A stretch of DNA of 64,000 bases from Candidatus Kerfeldbacteria bacterium RIFCSPLOWO2_02_FULL_42_19 (GCA_001818315.1 MHKF01000006.1:17148-81147), one strand, 5' to 3'. Shown: positions 1 to 9,456, numbered from the stretch's first letter. The notes: generated by a model not told the origin, from the letters alone. A program made the numbers and translations.

Positions 1-629
1 AGCATTCCGAAACAGATAATAATCAGCGCAAACATTCGGCCGGTGCGGAGATGTACAAACTTCGCGAAAAATAATGCCGTAATCGGCGCAAGATAGAGTC
101 CAACGGCATTTGGATATCCGTACACGCTCGTAGCGCGCCTCCACAATTCCGCATTCCAAGGTTCCGGAATGCCGAAACCCGTCGCATATTGAAAGACGGC
201 AATACTGGCAATAAGACATACGGAAATGCCGAGCGCAATGAAAATATGTCCAAAATTTTTTTGCTCAAAGACATGAGTAAGGACGACGAAAAAGAGCATC
301 GGTTCAACAATATAAGCCTTCAAAATGCCTAAGCCAGCGTGGAGATCAGGAGTAACGAAGAGCGCAATGCCGGAAGCAAGAAGTAATAATACGCACGGTA
401 TCCACCAACGACCGATGCGCATCGTATGCCGATTTCGGAAGAAAAAAGTAAAGAAAAGTATGAGAATCATTGCTTCAAGGAGCGTTGCAGGAAGGGCGAA
501 AATTTCAAATCGTATCACATACGTTGGGAGCGCGGAAAGAATAATATACGCGGTTAATTTTGGAGAACGAAACGCAAGAAAACCAAAAAGAAGAAGGAAA
601 ATGGAAAGGATGATGTAAAAAAAATCCAT
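1..629 (-). CDS. Polytopic membrane protein, Wzy/O-antigen-ligase-like, partial; N-terminus at 629, continues past the window start
   Basis: Not in the ORF track because it runs off the window edge. The minus-strand frame starting with ATG at 629..627 translates to [44 protein letters not shown]...[30 protein letters not shown]. It has many hydrophobic helices. It is tightly coupled to the upstream ligase gene, with a 3-bp gap. Confidence 0.45.
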   Translation of the reverse strand, partial: MDFFYIILSIFLLLFGFLAFRSPKLTAYIILSALPTYVIRFEIFALPATLLEAMILILFFTFFFRNRHTMRIGRWWIPCVLLLLASGIALFVTPDLHAGLGILKAYIVEPMLFFVVLTHVFEQKNFGHIFIALGISVCLIASIAVFQYATGFGIPEPWNAELWRRATSVYGYPNAVGLYLAPITALFFAKFVHLRTGRMFALIIICFGM

Positions 630-632
630 ATG

Positions 633-2045
633 TCACGCAGTTTTTGTTGATCGCAGAGCGAGATTTTGTATGCTGACGAGCAGTCCAATCAAAAACCACA
701 CTTGCATAATATAGAGTACTGAAAAAGTTTGATATTGCACAAGCATCGCTATAAAGGCACATGTGCTTCCAACAAGCATCGCACGAAGAAAAGAATCACG
801 ATTCACACGCAGCGCTTTCACCGAGCGCAACAACAAAATACTCACAATAATCAAAAAAGTAAAGAAACCTAACAACCCAACCTCACTGAGGAGCTCCAAA
901 AATTCATTATTCACAATCTTCCAACCTTCCTTCGGTACGACGTAAGGATGGATGGACATAAACGGACCGAATCCACCAACGCCGACGCCAATCCATGGGT
1001 GAGATATAAAGGCGCGTCGTGCGTATTCGAATGTTGCAAGACGTTCTTCAAAGGAAGCGCCAGAAAACACGTTTTGAGTATGCGTAAGAAATTTTTCCCA
1101 TGCATTATCGATATTCAAAAAACGGATTGCAAGCAACCCAACGACAAGCACCGCGATAGAAAAAGTGGCAATGCGCTTAAGACTCAGCACATTTCGAAGA
1201 GAGAAAACGGTAATACCGAGTATCATCACAAAAAAAGCTATATACCCGCCGCGTGAAACAGTCAAAATAAGATTCAAAGACCCCACAATCAGGATAAAAA
1301 AGAGCCATCGCAAGCGAAAATGAACAGATTTACTTAAAAAAAGAGCGTAGGCGAAACCCAAAGGCAAGAGAAGAAAATGAGCAAAATAGAGCGGCTCAAG
1401 TGCAGTCGATTGCACCCGTGGAAATCCCAGAATATCTTTCGTATAGAGTTCACGAAGTCCTGTTATTTCCGTCGGCAAACCTATAAAATCACCTATAAAC
1501 TGATACATCCCAAAAACGCTTACAACAGCTGTGCTCACGAAAACTACACGAGTCGCAGTAAGTATATTGTCCGAACGAGTCATTATCTGCGGAATGAGTA
1601 AAGCGAGCGATGATGTAAACACCGTAAAAGCGAGGACGAGCAAAGAACGGTGAATATTTTCAGCATTCACAAGTGAAAGAGTGTTGAGAGCAAAAAAAAG
1701 CAGCAGAGGAAAAAACAAAGGATTTTTTTGGAAGGTCAGACGTTGCTCCAGAATGCCGCGCGCTAGCCATCCTATAAGAGTAAGAAAAAAAAGAACTTGA
1801 CTTATACGTACCGTCGCACCAAGGACATCGTACGACCCGATACGTTCAAAAGGCAGAAAAAAAGTCATAGCATAAAAACCGAAATATGGATTGCGCAGGA
1901 TCAACCAAGCACTAAAAATAAAAAGTACCGCACCTAAGGCCATGAACGGAGAAAGAGCGGCAGTAAATTGTAAAAATAACAATAGGCCTGCGATGCCAAA
2001 AATCCCAAGGTATGATAAAGATGAAGAACGCAGCGTGTAGAACAT
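633..2045 (-). CDS. O-antigen ligase / Wzy_C family polytopic membrane protein
   Basis: The protein has more than 10 predicted TM helices and contains an ...LILTVSRGGYIAF... segment typical of the Wzy_C/O-antigen ligase family. The ORF-track start at 2315 would overlap the GT4 gene by 270 bp. The internal ATG at 2045 (MFYTLRSS...) leaves no overlap and is preferred. Confidence 0.6.
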   Translation of the reverse strand: MFYTLRSSSLSYLGIFGIAGLLLFLQFTAALSPFMALGAVLFIFSAWLILRNPYFGFYAMTFFLPFERIGSYDVLGATVRISQVLFFLTLIGWLARGILEQRLTFQKNPLFFPLLLFFALNTLSLVNAENIHRSLLVLAFTVFTSSLALLIPQIMTRSDNILTATRVVFVSTAVVSVFGMYQFIGDFIGLPTEITGLRELYTKDILGFPRVQSTALEPLYFAHFLLLPLGFAYALFLSKSVHFRLRWLFFILIVGSLNLILTVSRGGYIAFFVMILGITVFSLRNVLSLKRIATFSIAVLVVGLLAIRFLNIDNAWEKFLTHTQNVFSGASFEERLATFEYARRAFISHPWIGVGVGGFGPFMSIHPYVVPKEGWKIVNNEFLELLSEVGLLGFFTFLIIVSILLLRSVKALRVNRDSFLRAMLVGSTCAFIAMLVQYQTFSVLYIMQVWFLIGLLVSIQNLALRSTKTA

Positions 2046-2046
2046 A

Positions 2047-3183
2047 TTACAAAAGGATTGAAAAGCGAGAAAGCATTGTCTCGAGCGAAAATTGTGCGGC
2101 GACTTTCGCGCTGCCGCGTCGAGCTGATTCGAGCGCGTCAGTATAATGATGATAGGTAAAAAGTATTTGTTCCACAAGCGCTTCAACATTACCAGGATGT
2201 ACGAGATATCCAGTTTTGTTATGTTCGATAATTTCTGGCACCCCGCCAATATCAGAAGCAATGACTGGAACTTTCGCGCACAATGCTTCAAGTACAATAA
2301 TGCCAAAAGATTCACGTTTTACAGAAGGCAGAATCAAAACATGCAAATTTTTGAGCCATTTCTGAACATCCAGCTGAAACCCAACAAAAGTCACACGATC
2401 TAAGATACCAAATTCTCGTGCAAGCCATTCAAGATGACGCCTGGAAGATCCATGGCCAATAATAATGCCACGTATGTGCGGTAAAGAGAAACGAACTTCT
2501 TGAATCGCACGAAGCAAAATATCCACGCCCTTCTCCGGTTCTAAACGACCCACATAACCAAGTGTAAAATGTTTCGTCGGGTCTGGGAGATGTTTACGCT
2601 CAACAGTCCACGCATCAATACGCAATCCATAAGGAATGACATGAATACGTTTTTGCAGGACCCCGAGTTGTATAAAGGAATGAGCAGCATCTTGCGAAGG
2701 CGTAACGATAGACGCAAGACGCGAAAAGGCAACATACAGGGGACGAAAAGGATTCAGAACAAGCCAACGTCCACATGCAACATGTTCAATCCACAGCACC
2801 CGCATTCCTAGAAGTCTCGCAACAGGCGTGATGAGTATTTTTTCTGTTAAAGAAAGGCAGTAGAGTGTTTGCACTCGGTAACCAATACGAAAATAGATGA
2901 GGATGGAAGATAAAATACAAAACGCAAACAGTGCAACGAAAGGAAATAAAAAAACAGTGCCATATGAAACAGGCTCTTTTATAAATGGGAGTCGCCACGT
3001 CGATATCTGACGTCGCCGAAATTCTGGCACAAGGACTGAGCACGATGACACAAGAAAGAATTCAAATCCATGAGTTTGTAATCCTTCCACAAGATCAAGT
3101 GTATGTCGTTCACCCCCGCCAAAAAGTGAAGAATAGGGAAATTTATATATGAGAACGCGTTTCATGCAGTGCGAAATCAACAT
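2047..3183 (-). CDS. Glycosyltransferase family 4 (GT-B fold)
   Basis: The C-terminal half carries GYVGRLEPEKGVD...LIIGHGS...LPSVKRESFGIIVLEALCAKVPVIASDIGGVPEII, matching the GT4 E-x7-E/EALA motif region. Confidence 0.8.
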   Translation of the reverse strand: MLISHCMKRVLIYKFPYSSLFGGGERHTLDLVEGLQTHGFEFFLVSSCSVLVPEFRRRQISTWRLPFIKEPVSYGTVFLFPFVALFAFCILSSILIYFRIGYRVQTLYCLSLTEKILITPVARLLGMRVLWIEHVACGRWLVLNPFRPLYVAFSRLASIVTPSQDAAHSFIQLGVLQKRIHVIPYGLRIDAWTVERKHLPDPTKHFTLGYVGRLEPEKGVDILLRAIQEVRFSLPHIRGIIIGHGSSRRHLEWLAREFGILDRVTFVGFQLDVQKWLKNLHVLILPSVKRESFGIIVLEALCAKVPVIASDIGGVPEIIEHNKTGYLVHPGNVEALVEQILFTYHHYTDALESARRGSAKVAAQFSLETMLSRFSILL

Positions 3184-3191
3184 GTAAGTAT

Positions 3192-4670
3192 CTAGCGTAA
3201 TTTGAGAATATCTCGGATCATTGTTTTCGTAAAGCCTCGGAAAAAGTACAGCAGCACAAGATATATGAAGCCTCCAAAACCCAGTAAAATGAGAAGAGTC
3301 AAAGACTGGAGGATAAAATTTTTATGTATCCAGAGCGAGCCAAAAGAAGAAGCAAGGAGTGTCGATCGTAGGACGTACACGAGAGCGCCCATGATCATTG
3401 AGGCGACTAAAGATTTTAGAAATACACGATAAGAAAAACGTACCCGTGTGGTACGGAGCACAACGAACATAACAGCAAACATGATAGATCCTTCAGCAAA
3501 AATAGTCACCGCTGCCGCACCGACATAGGAATAGAAAGGAATAAAAATGATATAGCCGATAAAAGAAAGAAAAGCGACTCCAGCGTACACCCACAACATA
3601 GTTTTCTGTTGACGTATGACAACGATAGTATGTCCAAAAAGACTCCCAAGAAAAATAGCCGTCGTAGCAAAAGCGAGGAGTCGCAATGGAAGCGCGGCCT
3701 GAGTGAATTCAGTTCCACTCACGAGTACCATAACATCTTCTGCAAAAATCAGTAGCGTAAAAAGCATCGGTAGCGCGATAATCGTCATCGCATTAAACCC
3801 TTCTTGAAGATACCGACGAAAACGCTCCATGTCGTGCTGAGCAAAAGCCTGTGAAAGAAGCGGTAGAAGCAATCCGGCAAACATTGCTGGAAATGTAATA
3901 AGCACTTCCAGAACTTTATAAGCAGCGCCGTAGATTCCAACAGCGTACACAGGTTGCACAAGCGAGAGAATAAGCGTATCTGCTTTAAAATAAATCAGAT
4001 TAAAAACAATGGAGAAAGCGACAGGCCAGGTTTCCTGAAGAATTTTTTTCCATAAAACAAAATCAAAAGCCAAGTGAATACGTATATATTTTTTCGCAAA
4101 CAAAAACGTTATCAAAAATTGTGTAAAACTTCCGGCAACGACGCAAAACATTACAAGGAGTAAATTGCCATGAAAATATATTGTCACACCGGTAATAGTG
4201 ACTAAGATAATACGGCCAGCTATTTCAGCAAGCGAAGTTTGGTACGTTACGAGATGTTTTTGGAACACGCCTAAAAGTATTTGTGTTAAAGATATAAATA
4301 AAAAAGATGCCGCAGTCACAAGGATACCGACATGTACAATCGTTGGGTATGGAAGGAACAAACTCACAAGCGGCGCAAGTCCCAAAAACACAACCGAAGT
4401 TACAATACGGAGCGTAAAAATATTACTCATGACTCTATCGGCATCGCACTGAGGGTCGGAGATGTATTTAATGACAATAATGTATAATCCGAGATCAATG
4501 AGCATCCCAAAAAATTGCAACACCGTCATAATCGTTGTGTAGTGCCCAAATCCTACTTGACCCAAATAACGGGTGATCATACCGAGAGCAATAAGACCGA
4601 GAAGTGTGCTGACGACTTTCCCGAATATTTGAAAAAATGTATTATGCGCAATGCGACGCGTTAGGGACAT
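3192..4670 (-). CDS. Wzx/MOP-superfamily polysaccharide flippase (polysaccharide biosynthesis protein)
   Basis: The 492-aa protein has about 12 to 14 TM helices. Its N-terminus (NTFFQIFGKVVSTLLGLIALGMITRYLGQVGFGHY) is typical of Wzx/PST flippases. It is adjacent to the GT and ligase genes. Confidence 0.7.
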   Translation of the reverse strand: MSLTRRIAHNTFFQIFGKVVSTLLGLIALGMITRYLGQVGFGHYTTIMTVLQFFGMLIDLGLYIIVIKYISDPQCDADRVMSNIFTLRIVTSVVFLGLAPLVSLFLPYPTIVHVGILVTAASFLFISLTQILLGVFQKHLVTYQTSLAEIAGRIILVTITGVTIYFHGNLLLVMFCVVAGSFTQFLITFLFAKKYIRIHLAFDFVLWKKILQETWPVAFSIVFNLIYFKADTLILSLVQPVYAVGIYGAAYKVLEVLITFPAMFAGLLLPLLSQAFAQHDMERFRRYLQEGFNAMTIIALPMLFTLLIFAEDVMVLVSGTEFTQAALPLRLLAFATTAIFLGSLFGHTIVVIRQQKTMLWVYAGVAFLSFIGYIIFIPFYSYVGAAAVTIFAEGSIMFAVMFVVLRTTRVRFSYRVFLKSLVASMIMGALVYVLRSTLLASSFGSLWIHKNFILQSLTLLILLGFGGFIYLVLLYFFRGFTKTMIRDILKLR

Positions 4671-4674
4671 AAAG

Positions 4675-5841
4675 TTAGGAAATATTCAAATGTTTTCGCA
4701 ATACAGTGATAATCATCTCGTGAGCTTGTTGGAGATTTCGTTCTGGAAGTGTAAGTTTCAGGATATGCCCAGACATGTATGGAACGTATGCTGCGAAAAG
4801 TGTATGTGCTTGAAGGCGTATATAGTGTGGCACATGAAGGAGCGCAGTAGAACCTTGAGTCTGTATATATACCATCAGTATAGAAGAAGCCTCCGGAACA
4901 TGCATCATGAGTTCTTCAATAAGGCCTTGGAGATCATTTGCATGACTCGAGGTTTTTTCAAAATCGCTTGACTCAATCAGGACCGATACTATACGAGTTT
5001 TCGGATCAAAAGAAAACTTTTGCAAAATTTCACCCCAGAGTTTTATAGCGGTAAAAGATTTTTTGTAGTAAAGTTCGTGGACAATATCCGAAAATCGAGC
5101 GCCTTGTTCCACAAGACTACTTGTGACGGCGAGAGAACGTGGCGTGATACGATTGCGAAATGCATGCGTTTTAGAAATAATGCCGGTAAGCAATAATGTC
5201 GCAAGATCAGCATCCAGTGATTGCACAGGTCGACCTAATACATGGAGGAGTATCTCAGTATTTGATGTGGCTGTAATATCAATAAGATTCACCGCACCGA
5301 AGTGTTCATTTTCTGGATGGTGATCAATATTAACGAGAGGAGTAAGATAAAAAAAATCAGAATATTCCTGATAGAGATGATCAAGCTGTGCGAGGTCTTG
5401 CACGTCGAAAGTAATAATAAGATCAAAAGCAAACATGCGTGAGGATGTAAAAGTTTCGATGGGTTCAAGATGCGGTCGTTCCGGTGTAATAAAAAAAGAA
5501 AGTTGATCATCGACAACTTCATAATGCAACGCTTTAAATCCCATGTGAGCAAGATTCAATGTAATCACCAATGTACGCAACTCTGGAACAGTGGATGAAA
5601 CATGATGCTGTTCGAAAAGTGTAAAATTTTGTTGCGGCACAAAATTAGGACTGACAAGTTTTACGTATTTACCTTGTTTTTTCAGGATCGACATCAGCGC
5701 AATGCCAGAAACGATTGCATCAATGGAAGGACTCGCCGCTGGCAAGCAAATAAGAATGTGTTGTTTATCAGTAATAAGTAAACGGAACTGTTGCTCGAGA
5801 GAACGAGCCATAGAGCGGCTATTAAAAAAAGATGAAAACAA
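4675..5841 (-). CDS. DHH-family phosphoesterase (NrnA-like oligoribonuclease/pAp phosphatase)
   Basis: It has the DHH motif NIDHHPENEHFG and a ...LLLTGIISKTHAF... DHH-domain segment. The C-terminal DHHA1-like region carries ...MSGH in place of GGGH. Confidence 0.65.
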   Translation of the reverse strand: MFSSFFNSRSMARSLEQQFRLLITDKQHILICLPAASPSIDAIVSGIALMSILKKQGKYVKLVSPNFVPQQNFTLFEQHHVSSTVPELRTLVITLNLAHMGFKALHYEVVDDQLSFFITPERPHLEPIETFTSSRMFAFDLIITFDVQDLAQLDHLYQEYSDFFYLTPLVNIDHHPENEHFGAVNLIDITATSNTEILLHVLGRPVQSLDADLATLLLTGIISKTHAFRNRITPRSLAVTSSLVEQGARFSDIVHELYYKKSFTAIKLWGEILQKFSFDPKTRIVSVLIESSDFEKTSSHANDLQGLIEELMMHVPEASSILMVYIQTQGSTALLHVPHYIRLQAHTLFAAYVPYMSGHILKLTLPERNLQQAHEMIITVLRKHLNIS

Positions 5842-5976
5842 TATGAGCCATTTACAATATCGATTCTCGTGCGAAGTGTCAAGACATTCTTAAACGATGT
5901 CAACAGGAAATAGAAATATCATACTTTAGATAATTGATGCTTTTTGATATACTATAAAGAGTCAAGATGAACGTCA

Positions 5977-7107
5977 TTGAAAATTTTAAAAATGTCCATG
6001 CCGAATATGGACATGCAAAATACAAATCAAAAAAATATTTGGTGGAAAAGCTGTCGCGATCAAGGGTTAGGACTCTGGGAATGCCCAAGTTTTCTTTTTA
6101 TCTTTGCTGGGATAGTCACGATAATCCTCATGCTTGTCGCATATTTCGTTGCCAGTTTCTATGCGAGTCCTGAAATCGCAATTGCAAGTATTGCTTCAGT
6201 GACGATATTCATGGTTATCATTTCATATATTGTTGATCGAGCGATGAACAAAGTCGCAAGAGCGAGAAAAGAACTCATGCAGTCAAATGCACTGCTACAA
6301 AAAGCACTGCATAAAGCACAAAAATCGGATACGCTGCGAGAGAATTTTGTGAGTATGATTGTACACGATCTTCGTGCGCCACTCGTAGGAATTCGTTTCC
6401 TTGCCGAATCATTACAAAATTCAAAACGTATTGTTTCACTCACAGAATGTCATCTCAGCGGCAAAGCGATCGAAGCAAGCACCCAAAAAATGTTACGATT
6501 CGTGCAGAATCTTTTACTCGTACAGAAAATTGAAGCCAAAGCATTTCCGATCATCAAAAAAAATGTGAATATTACGCCACTTCTTAGGTCGCAGATAGCG
6601 AGTCAGAAAGCATTTGCTCAAAAACGCAACGTTACATTAAAATTATTCATCCCAAAGAAATTACCAACGTGTTTTTGTGATCCGGAAAACACGGAAAGAA
6701 TCATTGAAAATCTTATCCATAACGCTGTGAAATATACAAAAGAAAAAAGCACAATCAGCATCGGTGTTTTTTTGCACACACCGGGAAAAAGTATGCGAGA
6801 AGAAGCAAAACAATTTCGAATACCCTGGCATGCACCAACACAAGATGAAAATTTCACACACGCTTCAGCGGCTCTGGGAATCGCTGTGACAGATGCAGGT
6901 CAAGGTGTGCCGCAGAAAGAGCAACAAAAAATATTTGATAAGTTTCACCAAATCATTGCACATCAAAAGAAGACTGAGGGCGTCGGACTCGGCCTTGCTA
7001 TTGCGAAAGGTATTACACAAGCCCAAGGCGGTATTATTGGTGTCACCTCGGTAAAAGGACGCGGCGCAACTTTTTATTGTACCATTCCTATAAAGTCAAA
7101 AGTATGA
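5977..7107 (+). CDS. Sensor histidine kinase (N-terminal TM, HisKA + HATPase_c)
   Basis: The H-box is VHDLRAPLVGIRFLAESL and the N-box is IENLIHNAVKYT. The G-boxes are DAGQGVP and EGVGLGLAIAKGITQAQGG. A TM helix follows the N-terminus. Confidence 0.8.
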   Translation: MKILKMSMPNMDMQNTNQKNIWWKSCRDQGLGLWECPSFLFIFAGIVTIILMLVAYFVASFYASPEIAIASIASVTIFMVIISYIVDRAMNKVARARKELMQSNALLQKALHKAQKSDTLRENFVSMIVHDLRAPLVGIRFLAESLQNSKRIVSLTECHLSGKAIEASTQKMLRFVQNLLLVQKIEAKAFPIIKKNVNITPLLRSQIASQKAFAQKRNVTLKLFIPKKLPTCFCDPENTERIIENLIHNAVKYTKEKSTISIGVFLHTPGKSMREEAKQFRIPWHAPTQDENFTHASAALGIAVTDAGQGVPQKEQQKIFDKFHQIIAHQKKTEGVGLGLAIAKGITQAQGGIIGVTSVKGRGATFYCTIPIKSKV

Positions 7108-7478
7108 CGGACATCAAGAAAAACATCTTCATCATAGAAGATGATGCAGCGTTGCGTCTCGCGCTCGTCAGTCATTTAAAAAGAAATTATAAGGTCAGTG
7201 AAGCGGAAGACGGAGAACAAGCTATAGATATGCTCAGCACACTCAGACCTGATCTTATACTGCTCGATATTAAGATGCCCAAAATAAATGGTATAGAAGT
7301 TTTGAAATACATGCGAAGGAAAACTATGCTTAAAAATACACCTGTGATTATTATTTCCCAATTTGATGCCCCAACGTTGATTGCCCAAGGGCTTCTGCTT
7401 GGAGCTAAAGATTACCTTGCAAAAGCAAATTATACATTGGAGGATATAGCAGAGATGATAAAAACACGCTTACGATGA
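7104..7478 (+). CDS. Single-domain response regulator (REC only)
   Basis: It carries IFIIEDDAALRLAL...PDLILLDIKMPKINGIEV...PVIIIS. The start ATG at 7104 overlaps the kinase stop (ATGA), which is preferred over the ORF-track start at 7077. Confidence 0.8.
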   Translation: MTDIKKNIFIIEDDAALRLALVSHLKRNYKVSEAEDGEQAIDMLSTLRPDLILLDIKMPKINGIEVLKYMRRKTMLKNTPVIIISQFDAPTLIAQGLLLGAKDYLAKANYTLEDIAEMIKTRLR

Positions 7479-7680
7479 ATTTCGGTGACCTCACATTCCC
7501 CATGAGGCTGTCGCCGAATGTTATTTCTTGTGCAATGCGCATAGAAAAAGAGGAAGAAGACTCTCGCTTTCGAAGCACTGACAGTGCACAGTGTGCTGAG
7601 AAAGGAGAGTATTTTTCCTCTTTTTCTATGATCAAAAGCATGTTTCACGGATGAAAGCGCATTCGGCGACAGCCCACTCA
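7479..7680. repeat. Structured intergenic element A: outer 15-bp inverted repeats (GGCTGTCGCCGAATG / CATTCGGCGACAGCC) enclosing a hairpin with a conserved 38-nt loop. It is homologous to the element at 23213-23341.
   Basis: The region 7546-7675 aligns with 23213-23341. The loop CTTTCGAAGCACTGACAGTGCACAGTG(T/G)GCTGAGAAAG is identical except for 1 nt. The stem arms differ in sequence but each pairs with its own partner. The 3' flank, ...ATGATCA.AA..GT.TTTCAC..GAAAG(C/T)GCATTCGGCGA, is also conserved. Confidence 0.6.
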
Positions 7681-7682
7681 CT

Positions 7683-8195
7683 TCAGACGCGATAGACTTT
7701 TAATCGCCCGCGTATTTCAATGGGTTCCCAATCTGGAAAACGAAATCCAAAAGAAATAACATACACACCTTTACGACACTCGCGTTGAATTTTTGATTGC
7801 AGCCGTTGCATGATATGCGGAATGCCATAGACAAACAGAGCGTCGGCATTTGAGAGATGTATGTTCCAAAAATTGCAACAGAGAATGGTACAGTATTGAC
7901 GAGTGCCGGAGAGTTGGATACGCAACCACGTAAGAGCACAGAGTACGGGATTGATTTCGTAGCCGAGAGCACGAATGTGTGATTTCGCCGCCGCAATGAG
8001 AATACTGCCGTCGCCAGAACCCAGATCAATCAAGGTTTGGCCGCTCGTAAGTCTCGCGAGACGTACGACAGTATCAATTTCTTTGCGCTGCATGGGAACA
8101 TATGGTGCACCGGTAAAGGCAGATATAATAAAAAAGATACCAAAAACGAGCAACACAAGAAGAATGAAAAGCAGTGCGAGAAGAAAAAGAATCAT
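7683..8195 (-). CDS. Class I SAM-dependent methyltransferase with an N-terminal TM anchor
   Basis: Motif I is LIDLGSGDGSILIAAA. The N-terminus (MILFLLALLFILLVLLVFGIFFII) is hydrophobic. Confidence 0.55.
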   Translation of the reverse strand: MILFLLALLFILLVLLVFGIFFIISAFTGAPYVPMQRKEIDTVVRLARLTSGQTLIDLGSGDGSILIAAAKSHIRALGYEINPVLCALTWLRIQLSGTRQYCTILCCNFWNIHLSNADALFVYGIPHIMQRLQSKIQRECRKGVYVISFGFRFPDWEPIEIRGRLKVYRV

Positions 8196-8199
8196 ACAG

Positions 8200-9189
8200 T
8201 CAACATATTAATGAAGGATGAGTGACGTTTTTTTTCAGTGCGTGAAATACACGCAACATCTGTTTCCAACGCATTCGACCGCGCGAAAAACTCACAAGGC
8301 AAGCCCAATATTGATTAAAAAGTCGCAGGGTTTCAAATCGGCTTTGTTCTTGTTGGGTGAGTTTGTGGACGCGTTTATAACCACGCAGTACACCTTCAGC
8401 GAAGCCAGGATAATTCCAACTGATTTGTGTAAAAGCAAGATCCTGCATTGGATCACCGCCAACCCAAGTCCCCGGATCAATGAAAGTAATTTTGTATACT
8501 CGATTGCGAGTATCGCGATGAATAAGATAATTGTTGCCGCCAGCATCACCGTGGAGAAGTCTGGGAGTAAAAGAAGTGAGCAGATGATCAGAAAGGAGAT
8601 GCGAGACAAAGAGGAATGATTGTTGCAGTGATGTCGGGGGTGAAATAAGGGCATCAAATTTTCGTCTTAGTGATGTGCGGAGGAGATAACGCCAAGCATG
8701 TTGTGGATGAGCGAACACATGACTGCGAATATTTCCAACGCCATCAACATGTATGCGATGAATACGTGCAAGATATTTGCCAAAAATAATTCCCGCACGC
8801 AACCTTGCATCCTTTCGAAAAACATGTGGAGGTTGTCCGTGAACAAAACTCAGAAAAATAAAATCAAAAGGAATAATTTTTCGGGTAAAATCAGACATCA
8901 AAATGCGCGGCACGGGAATATTATGTAAATGTGCATTTTCAAGAAAGAATGTTTCACTCTCAAGATCTTCTTGCGCTGAAATTTTTAACACCCACGGTTC
9001 ATCATGATACACTGCGACCACAGCACTTTTGGTGCCATAACCAAGTCGTTCGAGACGCGTTGGATGAATATCATAATGTCGTAGTATAGTATGTATATAG
9101 GTGCCAAGATGTTCGAAAAGAGTATATTGACGCTCGGAAAGTCCTGGTTGTTTTCGAATGGATTTTTGGTTGAGTACATGAGTATGCAT
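8200..9189 (-). CDS. Phosphotransferase enzyme family protein (APH/choline-kinase-like kinase fold)
   Basis: It has the Brenner motif LLHGDAGGNNYLI and the downstream IDPGTWVGGDPMQDLA (DxG...D) that is typical of the APH family. Confidence 0.6.
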   Translation of the reverse strand: MHTHVLNQKSIRKQPGLSERQYTLFEHLGTYIHTILRHYDIHPTRLERLGYGTKSAVVAVYHDEPWVLKISAQEDLESETFFLENAHLHNIPVPRILMSDFTRKIIPFDFIFLSFVHGQPPHVFRKDARLRAGIIFGKYLARIHRIHVDGVGNIRSHVFAHPQHAWRYLLRTSLRRKFDALISPPTSLQQSFLFVSHLLSDHLLTSFTPRLLHGDAGGNNYLIHRDTRNRVYKITFIDPGTWVGGDPMQDLAFTQISWNYPGFAEGVLRGYKRVHKLTQQEQSRFETLRLFNQYWACLVSFSRGRMRWKQMLRVFHALKKNVTHPSLIC

Positions 9190-9208
9190 GACGAAAGTAT
9201 ACAGGAGT

Positions 9209-9237
9209 TTGACTTATTTGAAAAAATGTGGGAGAAT
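9209..9237 (+). promoter_or_regulatory. Candidate sigma70-like promoter upstream of the tRNA pair
   Basis: TTGACT (9209-9214), then a 17-bp spacer ending in TGG, then GAGAAT (9232-9237). The -10 is weak (4/6). This is inference only. Confidence 0.2.
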
Positions 9238-9279
9238 TTTGAATGCCAAAAATATCCGAAGTATAGAGGAAAATCATGT

Positions 9280-9353
9280 GTCCCCGTAGCTCAAATGGAA
9301 AGAGCAACTCCCTTCTAAGGAGTAGGTTGCATGTTCGATTCATGCCGGGGACG
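9280..9353 (+). tRNA. tRNA-Arg(TCT)
   Basis: A manual cloverleaf gives acceptor GTCCCCG/CGGGGAC, D arm GCTC-AAATGGAAA-GAGC, anticodon arm ACTCC-CTTCTAA-GGAGT (anticodon TCT), T arm GCATG-TTCGATT-CATGC, and discriminator G. CCA is not encoded. Confidence 0.7.
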
Positions 9354-9384
9354 CCGCAAAACATATGCTATACTTACTTTTGAT

Positions 9385-9456
9385 GGTGGCCATGGTGTAG
9401 TGGTAACACGCGGGGCTGTGGACCCCTCATCGAGGGTTCAATTCCCTCTGGTCACC
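9385..9456 (+). tRNA. tRNA-His(GTG) with an encoded G-1
   Basis: G-1 at 9385 pairs with discriminator C. The acceptor is GTGGCCA/TGGTCAC with one G-U. The D arm is GTGT...ACAC. The anticodon loop is CTGTGGA (GTG). The T arm is GAGGG-TTCAATT-CCCTC. The anticodon stem has one mismatch, so this should be confirmed with tRNAscan-SE. Confidence 0.55.

Noticed and set aside
2046-2315. N-terminal 90 aa of the 560-aa ORF-track call (633-2315, minus strand)
   Set aside because: It would overlap the 3' end of the GT4 gene by 270 bp. An internal ATG at 2045 gives a non-overlapping start that leaves the TM-rich ligase domain intact, so the extension is treated as an ORF-finder artefact.
7430-7681. 83-aa minus-strand ORF MSGLSPNALSSVKHAF...
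   Set aside because: It lies entirely within the structured repeat element A and overlaps the response-regulator stop. Its only similarity is to the duplicated 3' end of comM, so it is treated as a translated remnant rather than a gene.
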